Source of the DNA: Lingula anatina
Lineage: Eukaryota; Animalia; Brachiopoda
Direction of reading: 5' to 3'
Length of the DNA: 64,000 nt
Assembly: GCA_051362555.1 (NCBI GenBank)
Contig: CM120647.1
Location: 19,320,651-19,384,650, forward strand
Numbering within the stretch: the stretch's first letter is position 1; each line of letters begins with the position of its first letter. Of the stretch, positions 37,026 to 49,707 are shown piece after piece. The translations under genes and the position numbers were made by a program. Under the pieces are notes generated by a model that saw only the letters and a program-made list of their open reading frames with translations, did not search any database and was not told where the DNA came from.

Positions 37026-37574
37026 TTAAGCGACACGTATTTCGCTTCTGGATATTAAATCTTTCGGTCAGTTATTGCAATCGTGGTGTTAGATCTAAAC
37101 ATCACTGGCGTTCTTCGAATATAACTAGGATTGATGTTTTCGAGAACATACTCTGAAACACATGCTTTTTTCTTCGTTACTTTATTTTAGTTTTATGATG
37201 ACCATAAATTAATTGATGCTCTTGGTGGTCGACTGCGGTCGATATGATTGACTGGTTGACGGAAAAAGATCACGACCAAATATTTCCACGGCCAGTAGCG
37301 CATCTGAAATCTTAAGCGTTGTGTAAAGAAAAAAAGACACACTTTACAAAAAAATAAATAAAAATAAAATAAAATAACATCGAAAGTTTCAACAGTGTTG
37401 CAATGCACCAATTGTTGTGTAATTAATGATGTTGCCTTCACCAGCTCTGTTAAGTCAAAAACCACAAATTGTGTCATGGGACAAATATATGTTTGATGAT
37501 TACGTCAGAGGTAAAGGTAGAGCTTTATCGGGTCTTCAGTGGCTGGATATAGACTTTTATTCTATGCTCATTTG

Positions 37575-37615
<41 letters not shown>

Positions 37616-37631
37616 CATTGCTATTATTATT
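37575..37631. repeat. (ATT)n microsatellite
   Basis: Seen directly in the sequence. Confidence 0.9.
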
Positions 37632-37840
37632 GAAAACATATTGAGCATGTTACTGTATTCCACCTCAAAGGCACACAATGCGCGTTACACATGACATGTA
37701 TACATAACATTTACTTTTCTTGATTTTCAGCAAGATTTACTTTATTAGTATGTACATTATAGCCGCCGTTGACGGTATAAAGACAAACAGTCCTCTATAA
37801 AAGTTGAAAAATATTTTATGCACCTAAACTGACGCTACCA

Positions 37841-37938
37841 CTACAGCTCATTCATGTGTGGTGGTTCCTTTCGGAACCCCCCCCCCCCCCCCCCCCCCCT
37901 TTTAGATTGAGAGTGTCCGCAACTTTTTGCAGTTTACT
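37841..37938 (-). pseudogene. Degenerate copy of the RDEL terminal exon, cut by the array boundary
   Basis: SKLQKVADTLNL..., a poly-G run, then ...PPHMNEL*. Confidence 0.7.
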
Positions 37939-38311
37939 TTATGTTTTATTCAAAATTTCCATCGATGCAATTGCTTTTATGGAAATCGCACCAGTTATTA
38001 CACATTTGAATGTTTTTTTCCTCTCTTCTAAGGGTCTCGCTAAAACTAAAACACGTCTGTTGTGAACCGCCTTTGATCCCATTGCACTCTTTAATGTCAT
38101 GGGTAAAGCCAAAATCAATCTTAGTTTAAAACAAACTCCGAGCTCCGTGTTGGGTTCTCAAACACTCATGGCTTCCTGTACATCATGAGTTTTACCGTTC
38201 ATGATAAACCATGGATTCTCGATTGGGATAGCAGATACACACATGTTCATCCAACCTGGCCCTCTCCGTGGCAAGGTTGAAAGTTCCCATCGAATCATTC
38301 CGCATCAACAA

Positions 38312-38401
38312 AGCTGACTTGGCTCCGTGGTAACTTTGCTGTCTCGTTTACCGACAGACACTGGTACGCTGGTTCGAGACCCAGCAAGTGTAGTACTTTT
38401 T
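38312..38401 (+). ncRNA. Vault-RNA-like Pol III gene, copy 1
   Basis: Box A TGGCTCCGTGGTAACTTTG (human vtRNA1-1, from memory: TAGCTCAGCGGTTACTTCG), box B GGTTCGAGACCC, terminal stem GCTGACTT/AAGT(G)TAGT and a T5 terminator; about 90 nt. Confidence 0.65.
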
Positions 38402-38470
38402 ATTTTCCAGAATTAAATTTTAGAAATTCCCATTGGTTACTATAAGAGGAAACTCGTAAGTACGGAGGGT

Positions 38471-38677
38471 GGGCGGTTCTCTCACGGTGCAGTCGGTAGC
38501 GTGCTTGGATGCAAATGAGATGCCCAAAGCGCCACCAACCATGGCAACGCAAAGTCACGAGTTCGAATCCCAGATGAGGCACGTCAGTCCATCACGACAA
38601 CGACCGGGCCCTTGAATCGGGACCCGGATGCCACGAGAACGAATCTGGGCTCTCCTGGGTCCTAGCAAATTACTTTT
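38471..38677 (+). ncRNA. Second Pol III-type RNA candidate (tRNA-like head with hairpin tail); present in all 16 units, starting ~70 bp after each vault-like gene
   Basis: TATAA at 38441 (-30), box A-like CGGTGCAGTCGG, box B GAGTTCGAATCCC, hairpins CCGGGCCC/GGGACCCGG and CTGGGCTC/GGGTCCTAG, then TTTT. Confidence 0.5.
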
Positions 38678-39722
38678 GCATAAAAATACGGTATACTTTA
38701 GAAAGTTTACATTAAATGATCGATTTAAAACGAACATATTGCTGGTCATTAGAATAAAGACTGCGTCGTCAATAATATTTCCTTTCTCTTCAGTTAAAAG
38801 TCCTTAGATTGGTGCCACAGATCTTGTACTTGTATTGAGCTACATCTAACTCCGTATGTTCTGCATTTCATCAAAATGTGCTATCTTCTAGGTGGGATTA
38901 TCAGAGAGAACATTTTTATTTATTTTTTTTTCTACAAAAGCCTCTATTGCTTTTCACAAGGACACATTTTGTCTTTTCATGCCCCTCCTTTCCATTCTTG
39001 CACCCTTGCTTCTTAAGACTGTTCATGTGTTCATACAGTACCCGGGGCAAGTTCGCAGTCGACATTCGAAAGAGTAAAGACTACTCAATACTAAAATCGC
39101 CCAGGTGCGAACAGCTGTGGGCCTCATCGCACTGTGTATCGTCAAAGGTAAAAGCAAACGTTATCTCAGTGCAAAACAAAATGAAAATAAAGGTATCTGA
39201 AGTTATCTGACTAGGAACGTTCCGAGCAGGCCTATCATTGAAAGCCAACGAACTTGAATCGATTCAGTAGCTTTCCCGGTATAACAGCACGTCACACTAC
39301 CGTTAACCGTGTTCAGCAGAAAAATGATATCTTTATTTATAATTGCAAAATATAATTTATTCAAAATTTCCATCGATGCAATTGCCTTTATGGAAATCGC
39401 ACCAGTTATTACACATTTGAATGTTTTTTTCCTCTCTTCTAAGGGTCTCGCTAAAACTAAAACACGTCTGTTGTGAACCGCCTTTGATCCCATTGCACTC
39501 TTTAATGTCATGGGTAAAGCCAAAATCAATCTTAGTTTAAAACAAACTCCGAGCTCCGTGTCGGGTTCTCAAACACTCATGGCTTCCTGTACATCATGAG
39601 TTTTACCGTTCATGATAACCCATGGATTCTCGATTGGGATAGCAGATACACACATGTTCATTCAACCTGGCCCTCTCCGTGACAAGGTTGAAAGTTCCCA
39701 TCGGATCATTCCATATCAACGA

Positions 39723-39812
39723 AGCTGACGTGGCTCCGTGGTAACTTTGCTGTCTCGTTTACCGACAGACACTGGTACGCTGGTTCGAGACCCAGCAAGT
39801 GTAGTACTTTTT
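39723..39812 (+). ncRNA. Vault-RNA-like gene, copy 2
   Basis: Box A, box B and T5 as in copy 1. Confidence 0.62.
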
Positions 39813-41135
39813 ATTTTCCAGAATTAAATTTTAGAAATTCCCATTGGTTACTATAAGAGGAAACTCGTAAGTACGGAGGGTGGGCGGTTCTCTCACGGTG
39901 CAGTCGGTAGCGTGCTTGGATGCAAATGAGATGCCCAAAGCGCCACCAACCATGGCAACGCAAAGTCACGAGTTCGAATCCCGGATGAGGCACGTCAGTC
40001 CATCACGACAACGACCGGGCCCTTGAATCGGGACCCGGATGCCACGAGAACGAATCTGGGCTCTCCTGGGTCCTAGCAAATTACCTTTTGCATAAAAATA
40101 CGGTATACTTTAGAAAGTTTACATTAAATGATCGATTTAAAACGAACATATTGCTGGTCATTAGAATAAAGTCTGCGTCGTCAATAATATTTCCTTTCTC
40201 TTCAGTTAAAAGTCCTTAGATTGGTGCCACAGATCTTGTACTTGAATTGAGCTACAGCTAACTCCGTATGTTCTGCATTTCATCAAAATGTGCTATCTTC
40301 TAGGTGGGATTATCAGAGAGAACATTTTTATTTATTATTTTTTTCTACAAAAGCCTCTATTGCTTTCACAAGGACACATTTTGTCTTTTCATGCCCCTCC
40401 TTTCCATTCTTGCACCCTTGCTTCTTAAGACTGTTCATGTGTTCATACAGTACCCGGGGCAAGTTCGCAGTCGACATTCGAAAGAGTAAAGACTACTCAA
40501 TACTAAAATCGCCCAGGTGCGAACAGCTGTGGGCCTCATCGCACTGTGTATCGTCAAAGGTGAAAGCAAACGTTATCTCAGTGCAAAACAAAATGAAAAT
40601 AAAGGCATCTGAAGTTATCTGACTAGGAACGTTCCGAGCAGGCCTATCAATGAAAGCCAACGAACTTGAATCGATTCAGTAGCTTTCCCGGTATAACAGC
40701 ACGTCATACCACCTGTTAACCGTGTTCAGCAGAAAAATGATATCTTTATTTATAATTGCAAAATATGTTTTTTTCAAAATTTCCATCGATGCAATTGCCT
40801 TTATGGAAATCGCACCAGTTATTACACATTTGAATGTTTTTTTCCTCTCTTCTAAGGGTCTCGCTAAAACTAAAACACGTCTGTTGTGAACCGCCTTTGA
40901 TCCCATTGCACTCTTTAATGTCATGGGTAAAGCCAAAATCAATCTTAGTTTAAAACAAACTCCGAGCTCCGTGTCGGGTTCTCAAACACTCATGGCTTCC
41001 TGTACATCATGAGTTTTACCGTTCATGATAACCCATGGATTCTCGATTGGGATAGCAGATACACACATGTTCATCCAACCTGGCCCTCTCCGTGACAAGG
41101 TTGAAAGTTCCCATCGGATCATTCCATATCAACGA

Positions 41136-41225
41136 AGCTGACGTGGCTCCGTGGTAACTTTGCTGTCTCGTTTACCGACAGACACTGGTACGCTGGTTCG
41201 AGACCCAGCAAGTGTAGTACTTTTT
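41136..41225 (+). ncRNA. Vault-RNA-like gene, copy 3
   Basis: Box A, box B and T5 as in copy 1. Confidence 0.62.
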
Positions 41226-42550
41226 ATTTTCCAGAATTAAATTTTAGAAATTCCCATTGGTTACTATAAGAGGAAACTCGTAAGTACGGAGGGTGGGCGG
41301 TTCTCTCACGGTGCAGTCGGTAGCGTGCTTGGATGCAAATGAGATGCCCAAAGCGCCACCAACCATGGCAACGCAAAGTCACGAGTTCGAATCCCGGATG
41401 AGGCACGTCAGTCCATCACGACAACGACCGGGCCCTTGAATCGGGACCCGGATGCCACGAGAACGAATCTGGGCTCTCCTGGGTCCTAGCAAATTACCTT
41501 TTGCATAAAAATACGGTATACTTTAGAAAGTTTACATTAAATGATCGATTTAAAACGAACATATTGCTGGTCATTAGAATAAAGTCTGCGTCGTCAATAA
41601 TATTTCCTTTCTCTTCAGTTAAAAGTCCTTAGATTGGTGCCACAGATCTTGTACTTGAATTGAGCTACAGCTAACTCCGTATGTTCTGCATTTCATCAAA
41701 ATGTGCTATCTTCTAGGTGGGATTATCAGAGAGAACATTTTTATTTATTATTTTTTTCTACAAAAGCCTCTATTGCTTTCACAAGGACACATTTTGTCTT
41801 TTCATGCCCCTCCTTTCCATTCTTGCACCCTTGCTTCTTAAGACTGTTCATGTGTTCATACAGTACCCGGGGCAAGTTCGCAGTCGACATTCGAAAGAGT
41901 AAAGACTACTCAATACTAAAATCGCCCAGGTGCGAACAGCTGTGGGCCTCATCGCACTGTGTATCGTCAAAGGTGAAAGCAAACGTTATCTCAGTGCAAA
42001 ACAAAATGAAAATAAAGGCATCTGAAGTTATCTGACTAGGAACGTTCCGAGCAGGCCTATCAATGAAAGCCAACGAACTTGAATCGATTCAGTAGCTTTC
42101 CCGGTATAACAGCACGTCATACCACCTGTTAACCGTGTTCAGCAGAAAAATGATATCTTTATTTATAATTGCAAAATATAATTTATTCAAAATTTCCATC
42201 GATGCAATTGCCTTTATGGAAATCGCACCAGTTATTACACATTTGAATGTTTTTTTTTCCTCTCTTCTAAGGGTCTCGCTAAAACTAAAACACGTCTGTT
42301 GTGAACCGCCTTTGATCCCATTGCACTCTTTAATGTCATGGGTAAAGCCAAAATCAATCTTAGTTTAAAACAAACTCCGAGCTCCGTGTCGGGTTCTCAA
42401 ACACTCATGGCTTCCTGTACATCATGAGTTTTACCGTTCATGATAACCCATGGATTCTCGATTGGGATAGCAGATACACACATGTTCATCCAACCTGGCC
42501 CTCTCCGTGACAAGGTTGAAAGTTCCCATCGGATCATTCCATATCAATGA

Positions 42551-42640
42551 AGCTGACGTGGCTCCGTGGTAACTTTGCTGTCTCGTTTACCGACAGACAC
42601 TGGTACGCTGGTTCGAGACCCAGCAAGTGTAGTACTTTTT
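42551..42640 (+). ncRNA. Vault-RNA-like gene, copy 4
   Basis: Box A, box B and T5 as in copy 1. Confidence 0.62.
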
Positions 42641-43963
42641 ATTTTCCAGAATTAAATTTTAGAAATTCCCATTGGTTACTATAAGAGGAAACTCGTAAGT
42701 ACGGAGGGTGGGCGGGTCTGTCACGGTGCAGTCGGTAGCGTGCTTGGATGCAAATGAGATGCCCAAAGCGCCACCAACCATGGCAACGCAAAGTCACGAG
42801 TTCGAATCCCGGATGAGGCACGTCAGTCCATCACGACAACGACCGGGCCCTTGAATCGGGACCCGGATGCCACGAGAACGAATCTGGGCTCTCCTGGGTC
42901 CTAGCAAATTACCTTTTGCATAAAAATACGGTATACTTTAGAAAGTTTACATTAAATGATCGATTTAAAACGAACATATTGCTGGTCATTAGAATAAAGA
43001 CTGCGTCGTCAATAATATTTCCTTTCTCTTCAGTTAAAAGTCCTTAGATTGGTGCCACAGATCTTGTACTTGTATTGAGATACATCTAACTCCGTATGTT
43101 CTGCATTTCATCAAAATGTGCTGTCTTCTAGGTGGGATTATCAGAGAGAACATTTTTATTTCTTTTTTTTTCTACAAAAGCCTCTATTGCTTTTCACAAG
43201 GACACATTTTGTCTTTTCATGCCCCTCCTTTCCATTCTTGCACCCTTGCTTCTTAAGACTGTTCATGTGTTCATACAGTACCCGGGGCAAGTTCGCAGTC
43301 GACATTCGAAAGAGTAAAGACTACTCAATACTAAAATCGCCCAGGTGCGAACAGCTGTGGGCCTCATCGCACTGTGTATCGTCAAAGGTGAAAGCAAACG
43401 TTATCTCAGTGCAAAACAAAATGAAAATAAAGGCATCTGAAGTTATCTGACTAGGAACGTTCCGAGCAGGCCTATCAATGAAAGCCAACGAACTTGAATC
43501 GATTCAGTAGCTTTCCCGGTATAACAGCACGTCATACCACCTGTTAACCGTGTTCAGCAGAAAAATGATATCTTTATTTATAATTGCAAAATATGTTTTA
43601 TTCAAAATTTCCATCGATGCAATTGCCTTTATGGAAATCGCACCAGTTATTACACATTTGAATGTTTTTTTCCTCTCTTCTAAGGGTCTCGCTAAAACTA
43701 AAACACGTCTGTTGTGAACCGCCTTTGATCCCATTGCACTCTTTAATGTCATGGGTAAAGCCAAAATCAATCTTAGTTTAAAACAAACTCCGAGCTCCGT
43801 GTCGGGTTCTCAAACACTCATGGCTTCCTGTACATCATGAGTTTTACCGTTCATGATAACCCATGGATTCTCGATTGGGATAGCAGATACACACATGTTC
43901 ATCCAACCTGGCCCTCTCCGTGACAAGGTTGAAAGTTCCCATCGGATCATTCCATATCAACGA

Positions 43964-44050
43964 AGCTGACGTGGCTCCGTCACTTTGCTGTCTCGTTTAC
44001 CGACAGACACTGGTACGCTGGTTCGAGACCCAGCAAGTGTAGTACTTTTT
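43964..44050 (+). ncRNA. Vault-RNA-like gene, copy 5 (box A damaged)
   Basis: ggctccgtcactttg replaces ggctccgtggtaactttg, so the box A GG is lost. Confidence 0.5.
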
Positions 44051-45374
44051 ATTTTCCAGAATTAAATTTTAGAAATTCCCATTGGTTACTATAAGAGGAA
44101 ACTCGTAAGTACGGAGGGTGGGCGGGTCTGTCACGGTGCAGTCGGTAGCGTGCTTGGATGCAAATGAGATGCCCAAAGCGCCACCAACCATGGCAACGCA
44201 AAGTCACGAGTTCGAATCCCGGATGAGGCACGTCAGTCCATCACGACAACGACCGGGCCCTTGAATCGGGACCCGGATGCCACGAGAACGAATCTGGGCT
44301 CTCCTGGGTCCTAGCAAATTACCTTTTGCATAAAAATACGGTATACTTTAGAAAGTTTACATTAAATGATCGATTTAAAACGAACATATTGCTGGTCATT
44401 AGAATAAAGTCTGCGTCGTCAATAATATTTCCTTTCTCTTCAGTTAAAAGTCCTTAGATTGGTGCCACAGATCTTGTACTTGAATTGAGCTACAGCTAAC
44501 TCCGTATGTTCTGCATTTCATCAAAATGTGCTATCTTCTAGGTGGGATTATCAGAGAGAACATTTTTATTTATTATTTTTTTCTACAAAAGCCTCTATTG
44601 CTTTCACAAGGACACATTTTGTCTTTTCATGCCCCTCCTTTCCATTCTTGCACCCTTGCTTCTTAAGACTGTTCATGTGTTCATACAGTACCCGGGGCAA
44701 GTTCGCAGTCGACATTCGAAAGAGTAAAGACTACTCAATACTAAAATCGCCCAGGTGCGAACAGCTGTGGGCCTCATCGCACTGTGTATCGTCAAAGGTG
44801 AAAGCAAACGTTATCTCAGTGCAAAACAAAATGAAAATAAAGGCATCTGAAGTTATCTGACTAGGAACGTTCCGAGCAGGCCTATCAATGAAAGCCAACG
44901 AACTTGAATCGATTCAGTAGCTTTCCCGGTATAACAGCACGTCATACCACCTGTTAACCGTGTTCAGCAGAAAAATGATATCTTTATTTATAATTGCAAA
45001 ATATGTTTTATTCAAAATTTCCATCGATGCAATTGCCTTTATGGAAATCGCACCAGTTATTACACATTTGAATGTTTTTTTTCCTCTCTTCTAAGGGTCT
45101 CGCTAAAACTAAAACACGTCTGTTGTGAACCGCCTTTGATCCCATTGCACTCTTTAATGTCATGGGTAAAGCCAAAATCAATCTTAGTTTAAAACAAACT
45201 CCGAGCTCCGTGTTGGGTTCTCAAACACTCATGGCTTCCTGTACATCATGAGTTTTACCGTTCATGATAACCCATGGATTCTCGATTGGGATAGCAGATA
45301 CACACATGTTCATCCAACCTGGCCCTCTCCGTGACAAGGTTGAAAGTTCCCATCGGATCATTCCATATCAATGA

Positions 45375-45464
45375 AGCTGACGTGGCTCCGTGGTAACTTT
45401 GCTGTCTCGTTTACCGACAGACACTGGTACGCTGGTTCGAGACCCAGCAAGTGTAGTACTTTTT
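45375..45464 (+). ncRNA. Vault-RNA-like gene, copy 6
   Basis: Box A, box B and T5 as in copy 1. Confidence 0.62.
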
Positions 45465-46788
45465 ATTTTCCAGAATTAAATTTTAGAAATTCCCATTGGT
45501 TACTATAAGAGGAAACTCGTAAGTACAGAGGGTGGGCGGTTCTCTCACGGTGCAGTCGGTAGCGTGCTTGGATGCAAATGAGATGCCCAAAGCGCCACCA
45601 ACCATGGCAACGCAAAGTCACGAGTTCGAATTCCGGATGAGGCACGTCAGTCCATCACGACAACGACCAGGCTCTTGAATCGGGACCCGGATGCCACGAG
45701 AACGAATCTGGGCTCTCCTGGGTCCTAGCAAATTACCTTTTGCATAAAAATACGGTATACTTTAGAAAGTTTACATTAAATGATCGATTTAAAACGAACA
45801 TATTGCTGGTCATTAGAATAAAGACTGCGTCGTCAATAATATTTCCTTTCTCTTCAGTTAAAAGTCCTTAGATTGGTGCCACAGATCTTGTACTTGAATT
45901 GAGCTACAGCTAACTCCGTATGTTCTGCATTTCATCAAAATGTGCTATCTTCTAGGTGGGATTATCAGAGAGAACATTTTTATTTATTATTTTTTTCTAC
46001 AAAAGCCTCTATTGCTTTCACAAGGACACATTTTGTCTTTTCATGCCCCTCCTTTCCATTCTTGCACCCTTGCTTCTTAAGACTGTTCATGTGTTCATAC
46101 AGTACCCGGGGCAAGTTCGCAGTCGACATTCGAAAGAGTAAAGACTACTCAATACTAAAATCGCCCAGGTGCGAACAGCTGTGGGCCTCATCGCACTGTG
46201 TATCGTCAAAGGTGAAAGCAAACGTTATCTCAGTGCAAAACAAAATGAAAATAAAGGCATCTGAAGTTATCTGACTAGGAACGTTCCGAGCAGGCCTATC
46301 AATGAAAGCCAACGAACTTGAATCGATTCAGTAGCTTTCCCGGTATAACAGCACGTCATACCACCTGTTAACCGTGTTCAGCAGAAAAATGATATCTTTA
46401 TTTATAATTGCAAAATATGTTTTATTCAAAATTTCCATCGATGCAATTGCCTTTATGGAAATCGCACCAGTTATTACACATTTGAATGTTTTTTTTCCTC
46501 TCTTCTAAGGGTCTCGCTAAAACTAAAACACGTCTGTTGTGAACCGCCTTTGATCCCATTGCACTCTTTAATGTCATGGGTAAAGCCAAAATCAATCTTA
46601 GTTTAAAACAAACTCCGAGCTCCGTGTTGGGTTCTCAAACACTCATGGCTTCCTGTACATCATGAGTTTTACCGTTCATGATAACCCATGGATTCTCGAT
46701 TGGGATAGCAGATACACACATGTTCATCCAACCTGGCCCTCTCCGTGACAAGGTTGAAAGTTCCCATCGGATCATTCCATATCAATGA

Positions 46789-46878
46789 AGCTGACGTGGC
46801 TCCGTGGTAACTTTGCTGTCTCGTTTACCGACAGACACTGGTACGCTGGTTCGAGACCCAGCAAGTGTAGTACTTTTT
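46789..46878 (+). ncRNA. Vault-RNA-like gene, copy 7
   Basis: Box A, box B and T5 as in copy 1. Confidence 0.62.
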
Positions 46879-48203
46879 ATTTTCCAGAATTAAATTTTAG
46901 AAATTCCCATTGGTTACTATAAGAGGAAACTCGTAAGTACGGAGGGTGGGCGGTTCTCTCACGGTGCAGTCGGTAGCGTGCTTGGATGCAAATGAGATGC
47001 CCAAAGCGCCACCAACCATGGCAACGCAAAGTCACGAGTTCGAATTCCGGATGAGGCACGTCAGTCCATCACGACAACGACCAGGCTCTTGAATCGGGAC
47101 CCGGATGCCACGAGAACGAATCTGGGCTCTCCTGGGTCCTAGCAAATTACCTTTTGCATAAAAATACGGTATACTTTAGAAAGTTTACATTAAATGATCG
47201 ATTTAAAACGAACATATTGCTGGTCATTAGAATAAAGACTGCGTCGTCAATAATATTTCCTTTCTCTTCAGTTAAAAGTCCTTAGATTGGTGCCACAGAT
47301 CTTGTACTTGTATTGAGATACATCTAACTCCGTATGTTCTGCATTTCATCAAAATGTGCTATCTTCTAGGTGGGATTATCAGAGAGAACATTTTTATTTA
47401 TTTTTTTTTTTCTACAAAAGCCTCTATTGCTTTTCACAAGGACACATTTTGTCTTTTCATGCCCCTCCTTTCCATTCTTGCACCCTTGCTTTTTAAGACT
47501 GTTCATGTGTTCATACAGTACCCGGGGCAAGTTCGCAGTCGACATTCGAAAGAGTAAAGACTACTCAATACTAAAATCGCCCAGGTGCGAACAGCTGTGG
47601 GCCTCATCGCACTGTGTATCGTCAAAGGTGAAAGCAAACGTTATCTCAGTGCAAAACAAAATGAAAATAAAGGCATCTGAAGTTATCTGACTAGGAACGT
47701 TCAGAGCAGGCCTATCAATGAAAGCCAACGAACTTGAATCGATTCAGTAGCTTTCCCGGTATAACAGCACGTCATACCACCTGTTAACCGTGTTCAGCAG
47801 AAAAATGATATCTTTATTTATAATTGCAAAATATGTTTTTTTCAAAATTTCCATCGATGCAATTGCCTTTATGGAAATCGCACCAGTTATTACACATTTG
47901 AATGTTTTTTTCCTCTCTTCTAAGGGTCTCGCTAAAACTAAAACACGTCTGTTGTGAACCGCCTTTGATCCCATTGCACTCTTTAATGTCATGGGTAAAG
48001 CCAAAATCAATCTTAGTTTAAAACAAACTCCGAGCTCCGTGTTGGGTTCTCAAACACTCATGGCTTCCTGTACATCATGAGTTTTACCGTTCATGATAAC
48101 CCATGGATTCTCGATTGGGATAGCAGATACACACATGTTCATCCAACCTGGCCCTCTCCGTGACAAGGTTGAAAGTTCCCATCGGATCATTCCATATCAA
48201 CGA

Positions 48204-48293
48204 AGCTGACGTGGCTCCGTGGTAACTTTGCTGTCTCGTTTACCGACAGACACTGGTACGCTGGTTCGAGACCCAGCAAGTGTAGTACTTTTT
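48204..48293 (+). ncRNA. Vault-RNA-like gene, copy 8
   Basis: Box A, box B and T5 as in copy 1. Confidence 0.62.
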
Positions 48294-49617
48294 ATTTTCC
48301 AGAATTAAATTTTAGAAATTCCCATTGGTTACTATAAGAGGAAACTCGTAAGTACGGAGGGTGGGCGGGTCTCTCACGGTGCAGTCGGTAGCGTGCTTGG
48401 ATGCAAATGAGATGCCCAAAGCGCCACCAACCATGGCAACGCAAAGTCACGAGTTCGAATCCCGGATGAGGCACGTCAGTCCATCACGACAACGACCGGG
48501 CCCTTGAATCGGGACCCGGATGCCACGAGAACGAATCTGGGCTCTCCTGGGTCCTAGCAAATTACCTTTTGCATAAAAATACGGTATACTTTAGAAAGTT
48601 TACATTAAATGATCGATTTAAAACGAACATATTGCTGGTCATTAGAATAAAGACTGCGTCGTCAATAATATTTCCTTTCTCTTCAGTTAAAAGTCCTTAG
48701 ATTGGTGCCACAGATCTTGTACTTGAATTGAGCTACAGCTAACTCCGTATGTTCTGCATTTCATCAAAATGTGCTATCTTCTAGGTGGGATTATCAGAGA
48801 GAACATTTTTATTTATTATTTTTTTCTACAAAAGCCTCTATTGCTTTCACAAGGACACATTTTGTCTTTTCATGCCCCTCCTTTCCATTCTTGCACCCTT
48901 GCTTCTTAAGACTGTTCATGTGTTCATACAGTACCCGGGGCAAGTTCGCAGTCGACATTCGAAAGAGTAAAGACTACTCAATACTAAAATCGCCCAGGTG
49001 CGAACAGCTGTGGGCCTCATCGCACTGTGTATCGTCAAAGGTGAAAGCAAACGTTATCTCAGTGCAAAACAAAATGAAAATAAAGGCATCTGAAGTTATC
49101 TGACTAGGAACGTTCCGAGCAGGCCTATCAATGAAAGCCAACGAACTTGAATCGATTCAGTAGCTTTCCCGGTATAACAGCACGTCATACCACCTGTTAA
49201 CCGTGTTCAGCAGAAAAATGATATCTTTATTTATAATTGCAAAATATGTTTTATTCAAAATTTCCATCGATGCAATTGCCTTTATGGAAATCGCACCAGT
49301 TATTACACATTTGAATGTTTTTTTTCCTCTCTTCTAAGGGTCTCGCTAAAACTAAAACACGTCTGTTGTGAACCGCCTTTGATCCCATTGCACTCTTTAA
49401 TGTCATGGGTAAAGCCAAAATCAATCTTAGTTTAAAACAAACTCCGAGCTCCGTGTTGGGTTCTCAAACACTCATGGCTTCCTGTACATCATGAGTTTTA
49501 CCGTTCATGATAACCCATGGATTCTCGATTGGGATAGCAGATACACACATGTTCATCCAACCTGGCCCTCTCCGTGACAAGGTTGAAAGTTCCCATCGGA
49601 TCATTCCATATCAATGA

Positions 49618-49707
49618 AGCTGACGTGGCTCCGTGGTAACTTTGCTGTCTCGTTTACCGACAGACACTGGTACGCTGGTTCGAGACCCAGCAAGTGTAGT
49701 ACTTTTT
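49618..49707 (+). ncRNA. Vault-RNA-like gene, copy 9
   Basis: Box A, box B and T5 as in copy 1. Confidence 0.62.

Noticed and set aside
38313-38395. Ochre-suppressor tRNA (TTA in the central hairpin loop)
   Set aside because: There is no D-stem, the loop lacks canonical anticodon geometry and the acceptor stem is bulged; vault-like architecture fits better.
38478-38582. Functional tRNA (Cys or Ser) in the second Pol III segment
   Set aside because: The T-stem has two mismatches and no consistent anticodon stem can be drawn.
38570-38660. Hammerhead or HDV ribozyme (retrozyme-type repeat)
   Set aside because: No CTGATGA...GAAA core was found and the HDV P1/P1.1/P3/P4 order could not be built.
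38270-39135. RNase MRP/P RNA (GAAAGTTCCC, AAAAGTCC, GTGCCAC and GGGCTC look-alikes) or U6 (ATACTAAAAT)
   Set aside because: The matches are short and scattered, separated by T-runs that would stop Pol III, and no coherent P4 helix or U6 ACAGAGA box context is present.
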